From the NCBI GenBank assembly GCA_016714605.1, contig JADKDL010000027.1, positions 1,527-65,526 on the forward strand: DNA of 64,000 nt, in the 5' to 3' direction. Position 1 is the stretch's first letter; each line of letters opens with the position of its first letter. Under the pieces are notes generated by a model. The model saw only the letters and a list, made by a program, of their open reading frames with translations. It ran no database searches and was not told where the DNA came from. Below are positions 53,930-63,945 of the stretch, piece after piece. The translations under genes and the position numbers were made by a program. Origin of the DNA: Bacteroidales bacterium. GTDB taxonomy: Bacteria; Bacteroidota; Bacteroidia; Bacteroidales; UBA1715.

Positions 53930-54230
53930 GCTGAACTAAACCCCGTTCTGCTCAGGCTGTGCCTGAGCCGGTCATATTTCAATAGGCTATTGCCTAAAAA
54001 TTAGAAAATAAACATATATGCAGATTGAGCTAGAATATTTGAAATTTTGAAAGGTTTAAATTTTATGAAAAATAATTTTAAAGAAAGGCAAAGCCTTGTA
54101 CAATATAAACGACTTAGAAACAGCCTAAGCAGAACGGGGTTTGTATCTCGGACTATACAAGGTAATTGTAGTAAATGATTTTTTAAGGCACAAGCTACAA
54201 ACTAGCGTCATCTGATTGAGTTTTAAATGC
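53930..54230. repeat. Copy B of the ~290-bp repeat family. Terminal inverted repeats aaccccgttctgctcaggctg / cagcctaagcagaacggggtt.
   Basis: Direct repeat of copy A in the same orientation; the PIN cassette lies between them. Confidence 0.75.
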
Positions 54231-54292
54231 GCAAAAAAATAAAAAAAAAAGCCTCAATAAAATTGAGGCCTTCTAAGAAACAGGGAATGAAA

Positions 54293-57200
54293 CTAAAAAG
54301 TAACATTGGTAACTCTTCCCGAAACGGTGAATGACTTCTTCATAGAACCGCCCGAATAGGTGCCACCCGAGTAAATGCCATTGGTAATGGTACCACCTGA
54401 ATATGAACCTCCGGTATACAGATTATATGTAGTTCCGTTTGTTAATTGATTTGAAGAGAATAAAAATTTATAGCCACCATACGGTAGTTTTACTGTAATA
54501 ATATCTTTTCCATTAGAATCTTGTATTCTGAAAAATGAATTTGCAGTAACTAAAGTTGTTGTTGTTAAAAATAAGTTATTTTGAGTAGAATTAGGACTCA
54601 TTGCTTGAATCATAAATGAATTTCCACCTGCTCCAAAGCTATAACCACCATTCATTAAATAACTTCCATTAAAATCAAATGCTTCTTCCGGACCAGTGAG
54701 TCCTTCTAATTGATGTGTTATTATAGTCCCACCGGTTTGTTCTATGCTACCATTACTATCTACAGCATCTAGACCATCTGCAATTACTACACCACCGGTT
54801 ACTTTCAACAAACTGCCGTCATTACCATTGTCTCCACCGCTTACGAGTCCGGCTGTAGCATTTATACCATCGTTGCTTGAGGTTACAGAAGTAAAACCTC
54901 CATTTACTGTTATGAATTTAGCTTCCAGACCTTCAACAGAATTTTCAATTGTTAGTGTTCCGTTATTAATGGTTATTGAATTGTCTGATTTTATACCGTC
55001 ATCGGTAGATTTAATGGTTATAGTACCGTTGTTTACAACCACTGCAGTTGCTCCTTTTATTGCTTTGGGTAAATAATAATCGGTAGATGAGCCAAAGCCT
55101 GAACCTGTAGTTGAAACCGTTATTTTGGCTCCGGTTGTGGTTACATTAAGTGTAGGACTTTCATTTCCTTGTCCTATGGTAATAGTTCCGTCGCTTGAAA
55201 TACCTTTGCCACCCGAGCCCGAACTTGATAGGGTTACAGAACCATTAGAAATGGTAATATTGCCATCAGCATTAATACAAATTGCTCCATACGCATCTTT
55301 TGCATTTGCTGAATTAGTGAATGTACCTCCATTTCCGGTAGTGGTAATTTTAACGGTACCACCCGAAATAAGAATAGTAGCATCGGTAGAAATTCCTCTT
55401 CCTCCCATACCTGAGTGCGTAATTGTAATATCCGAGCCACTTACAATGATATCGGCATCGCTTTTTATTGCAGTACAATATGAAGGCTCAGAACCAGAAC
55501 CTGTTGATACTAAGGTTGCATTTCCTGAAGCTTTTACGGTAATTACACCTCCACTCAAAGTCATAGTTCCGCTACTTTTTATTGCCTTAGAATCATCCTT
55601 GGTAATGGTAATATTTACCGTTCCATCGCTTATATTTAGAATACCGGCTGTTGTAGCATTTCCTGAGCTTACACTATTGTTGGCGGTAACTTTTCCACCC
55701 GAAATACTAATATTCACAGACGATGCAATGGCATCATCTACAGAGTTTATTGTTAATTCACCAGCTGTAATAGCAACCAAATCGTTACCATTTACGCCTT
55801 CATCTCCGGCACAAATATCAAAAGTACCACCGTTTATAAGAACGTCGTCTTTCGAATTTATGCCATCGCCAGCAACACTAATTGTGTAAACTCCTGCACT
55901 GATTACTATATTATTATTACTCTCAATACCATGTCTTGCTAGGGTATCATTATAAATCTCAGAACATCCGCCACCTACAGTAAGCTTGTAAGTTCCATTT
56001 AAAAGTGAAATTTTATCGCCTGCTTTTATCGCAACAAAATCAGAAACAATAGTTATATCGCCATTAGCAACCAGAATGGTAGAATCGGCATTCATGCCTT
56101 CATCTTGAGTTGTCAGATTTAGTGTTCCGTCATAAATTGCTATGAGTCCGGCAGTATTTAATACGTCTTTTTGAGAAGTAACCGTAAGTTTACCTCCGGT
56201 AATTGCAATTTGTGTATCAGAATACAATGAATTATTGTCGGAAATAATGGTAGTATTTCCGTTATTTATAGTAATATCTGCATTAGCACTAATACCTTCT
56301 GCACCCGTGGTAAGTTTAATAGTACCACCGTTTATTAGAACTACACTATCAGAATTTATGGCATCGCCGGCAGCGTTTATATTCAAAGTACCACTTTCTA
56401 TTGTAATGCTACTATTAGCTTTTATACCTTTGTGAGATAGCGTATCTGTTATTGTTGCATTGCTTCCGCCTCCGGTTGTAATATCTATTGATGCATTAGA
56501 AATAAAAACAGAAGTTTCTGCATCAATTCCATCGCCATCGGCTTCTATAGAAATAGTACCTCCGGTAATTGACACATAACCAAGCGTTGCGTCTGCTTTT
56601 TTGCTAGACTTTATTCCGTCGCCATTGGCTTTAACAGTAATATCGCCACCAGAAATTTCAACATTATCTTTGCCTATTAAAGCATCGTCGGTTGCTGTAA
56701 TTTCAATTGTTCCACTGGTTATGCTCAACTTATCGTTACTTACAATACCGTTTTTGTAGTTTGCATCTATTATAAGTTTTCCGGTACCCGAAATTTCCAA
56801 ATCATCTTTGCTGAAAATTGCAGCATTTGGTTCTGTTTGGTCGGGAGTAGTATAAATGTAATTTTCACCATCGGTAATATAATTGGTTGTTCCCTCGCCA
56901 AGTACTATATTCGTTTTTATTGCACTGCTTATATAAATACCCGAACTAGTGGAATTGTTTATGTCTACCTCATTGAGGGTAAGTGTTACATGGGTAGTGT
57001 CAATAGAATTTACAATTATCTGTCCATCGGTTAACGATCCGGTAACTGCGTAATTTCCACCCGAAGTAACAATTATAGTAGAACCATCTATAATTGCAGT
57101 TGTTGAGTTGGTAGATATAGATGAACCATCAAGTTCTATATATAAATCTTTAATAGAAACCTGAGTGGTGAACGTTTGTGCCGAACTAAGAATCGTACCT

Positions 57201-60200
57201 TCACTGTATTGTGCGAAAGCCACCACATAATAGGTAGTAGCTGGTAGCAAACCATTTAATACAAAGCTGTAAACACCTGCACCATTTCCTACCGTAATTA
57301 TATTATCGGTCGCGGTTGGGTTGCTATTTGTCTGACTCCAATAAAATCCCCGTGAAATTACCTCAGTTTGGTCAGATGTGATCTCAGCATTGAGTTTAGC
57401 CGAAGTTTCAGAGATATTGGTAATAAGCAAAGTGTTTATTACCGGAGGAATAACAGGAGCTGCTTCGGTAGTAAACGATAAAACATTGCCTAAAATAATT
57501 CCCTCAGTATAGATTACATAGCTACGGAAATAGTATGTAGTTTCGGGACTTAAGCCGTTAATTGTTTTTGTAAATGAGTTATTTGCATAAGTAAGCGAAA
57601 TGGTATTATCAGAACCAGTCGGATTTGTGTTTGTAGCACTCCAGTAGAATCCGTAACCAAGTATATCAGAATTGCCTAAGTCGGTAATAGAACCGTTTAA
57701 GTCGGCCGAATTTTGAGTAAGTGCAGTAGCCGCTTCGGTTATAATAGTAGGAGCAATAATAGGTTCCTGTTCAGTAGTAAAGACAACTACATTTCCGGTA
57801 ATTGTACCTTCAGAGGTTTCAACAAAAGCCTTAAAATAATATGTTGTTTCGGCAGATAGATCTGCTAGGTTTGCTGTTAATTGGTTGGCGGTAATGGTTT
57901 GGTAAATAATACTATCATGCTCAGTTGGGTCGGCATTGGAGTAGCTCCAATAAAACCCTGATGATAGAATAGGTAGATTACCTGCAATAGTTAGCACGCC
58001 GTTCAAAGTAGCACTGTTGGTTGTAATATCTGTAGCAGCAAGGGTAACTATTTTAGGAAGCACAACAGGAGCAGCAGAAGTTGTAAACGAAACAACGTTA
58101 CCTGTTACCGTACCTTCAGAGTAACGTATGAATGCTTTAATGTAATAGCTTGTAAGCGGTATCAAATTCTGCAAAGCATATTCTATTGTTGATGTGGTAT
58201 ATTTTAAAGAAATGATACTGTCTGAACTGCTTGGGTTGCTGTTAGATGTACTGAGGTAGAAACCTACAGAATCAATAGAGATATTTTCTAAATTGTTAAC
58301 CAGAGCATTTACTATTGCAGCATTATGAGTTATTCCTTCAACATCGAGCGTAGTAACAGTAGGAGGGGTAGTAGTCTTTTCTTTTGTCGTAAAGCTTACT
58401 GTTTCACCTAGAACCGTTTTACCTGAATATGTAGCAAATGCTCTGAAATAGTATGTTGTAGAAGGATTTAAGTTTTGGAGCAATTGAGCTATATCTCCTG
58501 TTTTACCTGCAATAGAAATATTACTATCGTTTACAGTCGGGTCGTTATTCGATACACTCCAATAAAAACCGCACAATTCAATCTGTGCTTCAACTGAGAC
58601 AATATTCGCGTTTATTGTAGCTGAATAAGTATTTACTTCGGTAGCAGTAAGCGTAGTAACAACCGGAGTAGGTATAATATGTTCAGCGGTTTTAAATTGA
58701 ACTATTTCTCCGGTAACTTCACCTCCTTGATAGAGAGAAAATGCTTTAACATAGTAAACCGTATTTGGTAGTAAGTCTGATAATTGTGTCTTAATATCTC
58801 CAGTAGCAGCAGATAGGTTTATTACTCTATCGTTTTCATTTGGATTTGAATTTTCTGCAGATATATAAAATCCGTTTGTTGCTATGGTAATATTTTCACC
58901 CGGTAATACTGTTGCATTAAGCGTTGTCGAATTTTCAGTAATATTTGTAGGCAAAAGCGTTTCTACAGTAGGAGGGATGGTTGTTTTGTTTAAGGTAGTA
59001 AATGACAAAACACTTCCGGTTACCGTTTCATTATCGTAAATAGCAAAGGCTTTGAAATAATATTGAGTGCCCGTTTCAAGCAGACTTAATACACTAGAAA
59101 AACTACCGGTGCCAGTACCAGATAATACAATATTATCATTAACATCAGGATTCTGATTCGTCTTGCTCCAATAGAAACCACGAGAAGCTATAGTTACATT
59201 GCCTGAAACATAGACATTACCTATTAATTCGGCCGAATTTTCTGTTACATTTTCAACAGCAACTGTGTTTATTGTAGGGATTTCAGAAATTACTTCAGCG
59301 GTTTTGAACGTAAATACATTTCCCGTTACAGTACCATTACTATATGTAGCATAAGCTTTAAAGTAATATCTTGTGTTTGGAGTAAGCGAACTGATGATTT
59401 TTGAGAAATTGCCTGTTTCGCCTTCAAGAATAATGTAATTATCATTTTTTGTCGGATTTTCATTTGTTGAACTCCAATAAAAACCTCTCACCAAGATGAT
59501 TGTTTTACCATCGGTAGAAATGTTTCCGTTAAGTGTTGCAGTTGTTTGGTCTATTCCTGTTGCAGCAATAGTAGATACCAAAGGAGCTTGCTCAACCTCT
59601 TTGGTAGTGGTAAAAGAAAGCACATCGCCCAGTACGGTACCATTTTTATATGAAGCATAAGCTCTGAAATAGTAGGTAGTTGCAGGCGATAGCGACCTTA
59701 GTATTTTAGAAAACGCACCAGTTCCCGAACCCATTACTAGGTTATTATCAGAATAGTTGGGCGTAGAATTACTCGCACTCCAATAGAAGCCATAGGCTTG
59801 TACTTCTGCCGTTTCATCAGCCGATACGTTACCTTTGATTGTTACTGTATTTGTAGAAATATCTACAGCATCAACGGTAGTTACAATTGGCGGATTAACA
59901 ACAGTTTTTGTAGTAAATGAAAGTATGCTTCCAAGTACCTCGCCACCCTGATAATATGCAAAAGCTCTGTAATATACGGTTGTACCTTGAGGCAAACTGG
60001 TTATTTGAGTTGAAAAATCGCCATTTCCTTCTCCAGCATTTATAGTATATTCTCTATCGCCCGGATCATTGCTATTGGTTGTCCAGTAGAAACCTTTACT
60101 ATTAATTATTGTATTCTGAGTTACGGTGAGCAACGATGCCGAAATTGTTGCCGTTGTTTCAGTTATTTCGCTTGCTTTGTTGGTAGTAATTATTGGAGCA

Positions 60201-60814
60201 GCAATAAATTCGGTGGGAGTTGTAAATGAAATAACATTTCCATATACAGTAATATTATTTTCTAAGGCAAATGCTCTTAAGTAATATTTAGTTTCGGGAG
60301 TTAAGTTTGTGTATGTCTTAGAAAAAGAGCCAATTCCAGAACCGGAGATGATAACCATATCTTTACTGTCGGGCAAGGTATTGGTGGTACTTAAAAAGAA
60401 ACCTCTTGCTATTATATTTATTTCACTATCGGTATTAGTAATAGAACCTGCAAATGTAGCTGTATTCTCGGTTAAATTAGTTACCTCTAAGGTAGTTACA
60501 ACCGAAGGAATTGTTTTTATTTGAGCAATTTCCGAATATGCCGGAACACAATATGAATATGAAATTTTTGCTCTGTAATATCCTTCATTTCCCTTTGCAT
60601 TTATTTTATAAATAGCACTATTAGCACCCGTAATGTCTGTCCAGAGAACAGCATCGGTACTATATTGCCATTGTGCCGAACCTTTAAAGGAAGAAACGTT
60701 AAATACTACTGTATCATTTTCAATAGTCAACGTGTCGTTATTTGTAATTACTATCTGTCCAAATACTTGGATAGAAGCTATTACGAATAGTATGTATGTT
60801 AGAAAATATTTCAT
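54293..60814 (-). CDS. Giant (2173 aa) secreted surface protein: signal peptide, about 13 repeats of a ~95-aa FN3-like module, a long parallel beta-helix-like Gly/Thr/Asn/Asp-rich region, and a Gly/Tyr-rich C-terminus ending in Phe.
   Basis: Repeats of the type ...GFYWS..N.NP...D..I....G.F...L..L.P.T.YYF(R/K)AFA...G.V.G.V.SFTT. Later GDGIDAETSVFISNASIDITTGGG...-type beta-helix repeats. Intact over 6.5 kb. Confidence 0.75.
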   Translation of the reverse strand: MKYFLTYILFVIASIQVFGQIVITNNDTLTIENDTVVFNVSSFKGSAQWQYSTDAVLWTDITGANSAIYKINAKGNEGYYRAKISYSYCVPAYSEIAQIKTIPSVVTTLEVTNLTENTATFAGSITNTDSEINIIARGFFLSTTNTLPDSKDMVIISGSGIGSFSKTYTNLTPETKYYLRAFALENNITVYGNVISFTTPTEFIAAPIITTNKASEITETTATISASLLTVTQNTIINSKGFYWTTNSNDPGDREYTINAGEGNGDFSTQITSLPQGTTVYYRAFAYYQGGEVLGSILSFTTKTVVNPPIVTTVDAVDISTNTVTIKGNVSADETAEVQAYGFYWSASNSTPNYSDNNLVMGSGTGAFSKILRSLSPATTYYFRAYASYKNGTVLGDVLSFTTTKEVEQAPLVSTIAATGIDQTTATLNGNISTDGKTIILVRGFYWSSTNENPTKNDNYIILEGETGNFSKIISSLTPNTRYYFKAYATYSNGTVTGNVFTFKTAEVISEIPTINTVAVENVTENSAELIGNVYVSGNVTIASRGFYWSKTNQNPDVNDNIVLSGTGTGSFSSVLSLLETGTQYYFKAFAIYDNETVTGSVLSFTTLNKTTIPPTVETLLPTNITENSTTLNATVLPGENITIATNGFYISAENSNPNENDRVINLSAATGDIKTQLSDLLPNTVYYVKAFSLYQGGEVTGEIVQFKTAEHIIPTPVVTTLTATEVNTYSATINANIVSVEAQIELCGFYWSVSNNDPTVNDSNISIAGKTGDIAQLLQNLNPSTTYYFRAFATYSGKTVLGETVSFTTKEKTTTPPTVTTLDVEGITHNAAIVNALVNNLENISIDSVGFYLSTSNSNPSSSDSIISLKYTTSTIEYALQNLIPLTSYYIKAFIRYSEGTVTGNVVSFTTSAAPVVLPKIVTLAATDITTNSATLNGVLTIAGNLPILSSGFYWSYSNADPTEHDSIIYQTITANQLTANLADLSAETTYYFKAFVETSEGTITGNVVVFTTEQEPIIAPTIITEAATALTQNSADLNGSITDLGNSDILGYGFYWSATNTNPTGSDNTISLTYANNSFTKTINGLSPETTYYFRSYVIYTEGIILGNVLSFTTEAAPVIPPVINTLLITNISETSAKLNAEITSDQTEVISRGFYWSQTNSNPTATDNIITVGNGAGVYSFVLNGLLPATTYYVVAFAQYSEGTILSSAQTFTTQVSIKDLYIELDGSSISTNSTTAIIDGSTIIVTSGGNYAVTGSLTDGQIIVNSIDTTHVTLTLNEVDINNSTSSGIYISSAIKTNIVLGEGTTNYITDGENYIYTTPDQTEPNAAIFSKDDLEISGTGKLIIDANYKNGIVSNDKLSITSGTIEITATDDALIGKDNVEISGGDITVKANGDGIKSSKKADATLGYVSITGGTISIEADGDGIDAETSVFISNASIDITTGGGSNATITDTLSHKGIKANSSITIESGTLNINAAGDAINSDSVVLINGGTIKLTTGAEGISANADITINNGNTTIISDNNSLYSDTQIAITGGKLTVTSQKDVLNTAGLIAIYDGTLNLTTQDEGMNADSTILVANGDITIVSDFVAIKAGDKISLLNGTYKLTVGGGCSEIYNDTLARHGIESNNNIVISAGVYTISVAGDGINSKDDVLINGGTFDICAGDEGVNGNDLVAITAGELTINSVDDAIASSVNISISGGKVTANNSVSSGNATTAGILNISDGTVNITITKDDSKAIKSSGTMTLSGGVITVKASGNATLVSTGSGSEPSYCTAIKSDADIIVSGSDITITHSGMGGRGISTDATILISGGTVKITTTGNGGTFTNSANAKDAYGAICINADGNITISNGSVTLSSSGSGGKGISSDGTITIGQGNESPTLNVTTTGAKITVSTTGSGFGSSTDYYLPKAIKGATAVVVNNGTITIKSTDDGIKSDNSITINNGTLTIENSVEGLEAKFITVNGGFTSVTSSNDGINATAGLVSGGDNGNDGSLLKVTGGVVIADGLDAVDSNGSIEQTGGTIITHQLEGLTGPEEAFDFNGSYLMNGGYSFGAGGNSFMIQAMSPNSTQNNLFLTTTTLVTANSFFRIQDSNGKDIITVKLPYGGYKFLFSSNQLTNGTTYNLYTGGSYSGGTITNGIYSGGTYSGGSMKKSFTVSGRVTNVTF

Positions 60815-60944
60815 TTTTATATAATTTTTTATGTTTATCTAAATCTGTTTTAAATGTGTTTCGGCTTTGTTTCCGGACTTTTTAAGCTTCTATAATGCTC
60901 TATAATTCAAAGAGACAAACCCAGACTGCTATATTCTTGTTTTT

Positions 60945-61577
60945 TTACTCAACAAATAATTGCTCTGTAATTTTCATAGTAGAGCCTTGAGCAGTAACCA
61001 GATATACACCTTGAGATATATCTAGTGAAAAAGGAATTTTTTCAGAACCTGAAAATGAATTAATAGATTTTAGATAAACTATTTTTCCGGTGTTATCGGA
61101 AATTGAAATATAGATAGGAGCGTTTGTTGGTTCACCTTTTAGGGTAACAGTAACCTTTTCCTGAGCAGGATTTGGTGAAAGAGAAAGATTTATTGTTTCT
61201 TTTCTTAGTTCGGGTATAGATGTACCATTTCCATCATCTTTTACAATTACATTGTATGTTAAATACAGACGACAGTCATTACCATCGGTAATTGTTTGAT
61301 AGTAACTCGTTGTTTTGTCGGGTTTTGTTGTTGGTTTTTCTAGAGTTGCATTATCTACCATATTGGTAGGAAACCAATAATACTCATAAGTACCCGTTCC
61401 ACCATTTATTTTTAAATCAGAGGCAAGTACTACCGATTCACCTTTTGCAATAGTTACCTCACTGTTTTTCAAGGAATAACTTAAATCGTCTAGTTGTTTT
61501 ACAGCCAGATTTACTTGTGTCTGTGAAAATGCCGCGGATACGAGCACCCAAAGAAAAAATACAATTTTTGTTCTCAT
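60945..61577 (-). CDS. Secreted protein carrying a canonical type-A T9SS C-terminal sorting domain.
   Basis: Signal peptide, then C-terminal LSLSPNPAQEKVTVTL...DNTGKIVYL...GVYLVTAQGSTMKITEQLFVE. Confidence 0.7.
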   Translation of the reverse strand: MRTKIVFFLWVLVSAAFSQTQVNLAVKQLDDLSYSLKNSEVTIAKGESVVLASDLKINGGTGTYEYYWFPTNMVDNATLEKPTTKPDKTTSYYQTITDGNDCRLYLTYNVIVKDDGNGTSIPELRKETINLSLSPNPAQEKVTVTLKGEPTNAPIYISISDNTGKIVYLKSINSFSGSEKIPFSLDISQGVYLVTAQGSTMKITEQLFVE

Positions 61578-62409
61578 GTTTATTATATTTATTATTTATT
61601 TCTTCAATTTATTTTTCAGTATATTATTTTTATTAACCACATTATTAATGAATTACTTCTTAATCTGATTATGAAAGTTTACATTATATTAACTAAAAAT
61701 TAACATAAAGTTTACATTGTAGCTTTTAGACAGTTTTGTATTCTGAAAGTACGTATGACATCAGTATTTAAATTGATATTTTTTATCATACTGAATAAGA
61801 AACATCATCTATATAGAAAAGGAAAGTACTGAAAAACGGAAAATACAATAGGAGGGAAGACATGAAATCAATCAGGCGATGATTTTAACTCTCGTACAGC
61901 GAGCGGAACATAATTGCTTTTAGAAAGTAATGGAAGCCCATTACTATATTACCATGAGTTCAATGTAATAATTAATAATAAAATGATCCACAATGCTGTA
62001 ATTTTCCGGTTTTGGTAATCCGCCTATTGAAAAATGCGTAAAAAAATTGGGAGAGAGAGCGTTAAAAACAAGGACATGTCTGAGCGCAACGTAGTGGAGC
62101 GAGTTTGTCCTTGTTTAGCTCAAACGAACCAATTTTTAGCATTTTTCAATCAGCGGCGGCTTTTTTGGTTACTTTTTCAGCTGATGGAAAAAGTAACAGA
62201 AATTCTCGTACAGCGAAGCGTCCTCGCTTCGTAGGAGCATTCTAGGCCTCCAGCCAAAAGTCATTACGCTAAGCCTTTCCATATGGTATAAACCAGAAAT
62301 ACATGAATTTTAATAGCCCCCAGTTTTAACTGGGGGTGCTTAAAGGGTTGAAAATGAATAGTCATGGATGCAATCCATAGAATGAGAAGATAATAATGTT
62401 GAACCAGAT

Positions 62410-62810
62410 TGCTATGTTTACCTCTCACATGACTATGTTTGCCTCTCACATGCTTATGTTTGCTTATCACATGCTTATGTTTGCCTCACACATGCTTATG
62501 TTTGCCTCACACATGCTTATGTTTGCCTCTCACATGACTATGTTTGCTTATCACATGACTATGTTTACCTCTCACATGCTTATGTTTGCTTATCACATGC
62601 TTATGTTTGCCTCTCACATGACTATGTTTACCTCTCACATGCTTATGTTTACCTCTCACATGGCTATGTTTGCTTCTCACACGCTTATGTTTGCCTCTCA
62701 CATGCTTATGTTTGCTTATCACACGCTTATGTTTACCTCTCACATGACTATGTTTGCCTCTCACATGCTTATGTTTGCCTCTCACATGCTTATGTTTGCT
62801 TATCAGATGG
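62410..62810. repeat. Tandem 21-bp minisatellite (about 19 units of catgNttatgtttgcNtNtca). It is open on the plus strand as Met/His/Phe heptads (HMLMFAS). On the minus strand it reads as His/Lys heptads (HVRGKHK), interrupted by TGA in two variant units.
   Basis: ORFs 62396..62833 (+), 62507..62830 (-) and 62264..62470 (-) all derive from the repeat. Variant units cctcaca near 62486-62527 create the minus-strand stop. Confidence 0.85.
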
Positions 62811-63153
62811 TAGTATTCGGAAGTGTCCAATAAACTGTGTCAGATTAATTTTTTATCTTTGCCGGTCAGTAAAAACGAACCAAAGCCCAACCACCACTAA
62901 ATATCTAATAGCAAGAACTACCAGCAAAAACCTATTTTACAAACAGCAACAGAAAAAAAGCCCCACTGTAATTTGCTTTTACATATATTATGTTTACTTT
63001 TAAAACACAATAAAGCATTTCAAAACCATAATGAAAGACTGCCATTTATCTTTAAAGAGATATTATTTTCAGTGGAAAAATGAGGTAATGGGAATATATC
63101 AACTATTGGTGATATTGGGATGTTGGCAAACATAGTAAAAAGACACACTAACA

Positions 63154-63716
63154 ATGAATTGGACTGACAAATTTGGTAAGATTAATAAATACGATTCTAA
63201 ACGAGTTGATAAATTTGGATTTAATGAATCGACTTCCATGTTTTTGAAAACAATCGGATTACCTGAAGAAGCTGCACCATTTCTATGTTTTGCCAAAGAC
63301 AATGATGAGCAATACGAAGGACTGTTAAAGCTTACAGACTATTTTGACTTTTTGGAATCCGAATTTGTTATATATACATTGTGATTGGCTCAACAGGGAA
63401 TGGAGATGAAATTGTTATTGATTTAAATGACAATTGTAAAATTAAAGTGCTTGACCATGAAGACAATTTCTCAGAAGAATTTGCAAATAGTTCAATTGTA
63501 AAATTTGCAAAAGGATTGATTCTATATCAAGATTTTATCGACTTGATTTTAATTGAAAACGGAGAAGATGCACTTATTGATTCCAAGTTCAGTGACAACC
63601 AGATTAATTATTTAAAACAAAAAATGATTGATAATGACCAAGATTCAATGAATTCTGATTGCTTTTGGAGTCAGGAAATTGAGATATTGATTTTAAATAG
63701 AGACGAAAATAAATAA
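63154..63716 (+). CDS. SUKH-superfamily (SMI1/KNR4-like; looks SUKH-4-like) immunity-protein candidate, split by a 1-bp frame change at about 63378-63384.
   Basis: ...ESEFVIYTL* then (V)IGSTGNGDEIVIDLNDNCKIKVLDHED. This matches the SUKH pattern vIGsdggGd.i.ld...g.v...dhe. Confidence 0.5.
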
Positions 63717-63834
63717 CTACGTTTGCCAATAAACATGAATCTCATCGGTCTGCAAGACCCAGCGATGATTCTGTGTAGAACAACATCCCATCTTCTCTAG
63801 ATAGTCTGAGCTTATTTTTTAGTACAAGTTCAAG

Positions 63835-63945
63835 TTTATAGTAGGCTAGGCACGAGTTTGTAACTCGGACTTTACGAAGTAAGGTATATAAATTTTAAAA
63901 GGCACGAACTACAAGTTTGCGCCATCTGGGGAATAAATTAAAAGG
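63835..63945. repeat. Third (partial) copy of the 3' module of the ~290-bp repeat family.
   Basis: gagtttgtaactcggactttacgaagtaaggtatataaattttaaaaggcacgaactacaagtttgcgccat compared with 53140-53215. Confidence 0.7.

Noticed and set aside
62410-62810. Possible CRISPR array (regular 21-bp repeats)
   Set aside because: The units are contiguous with no unique spacers, and no cas genes are nearby. It is a minisatellite.
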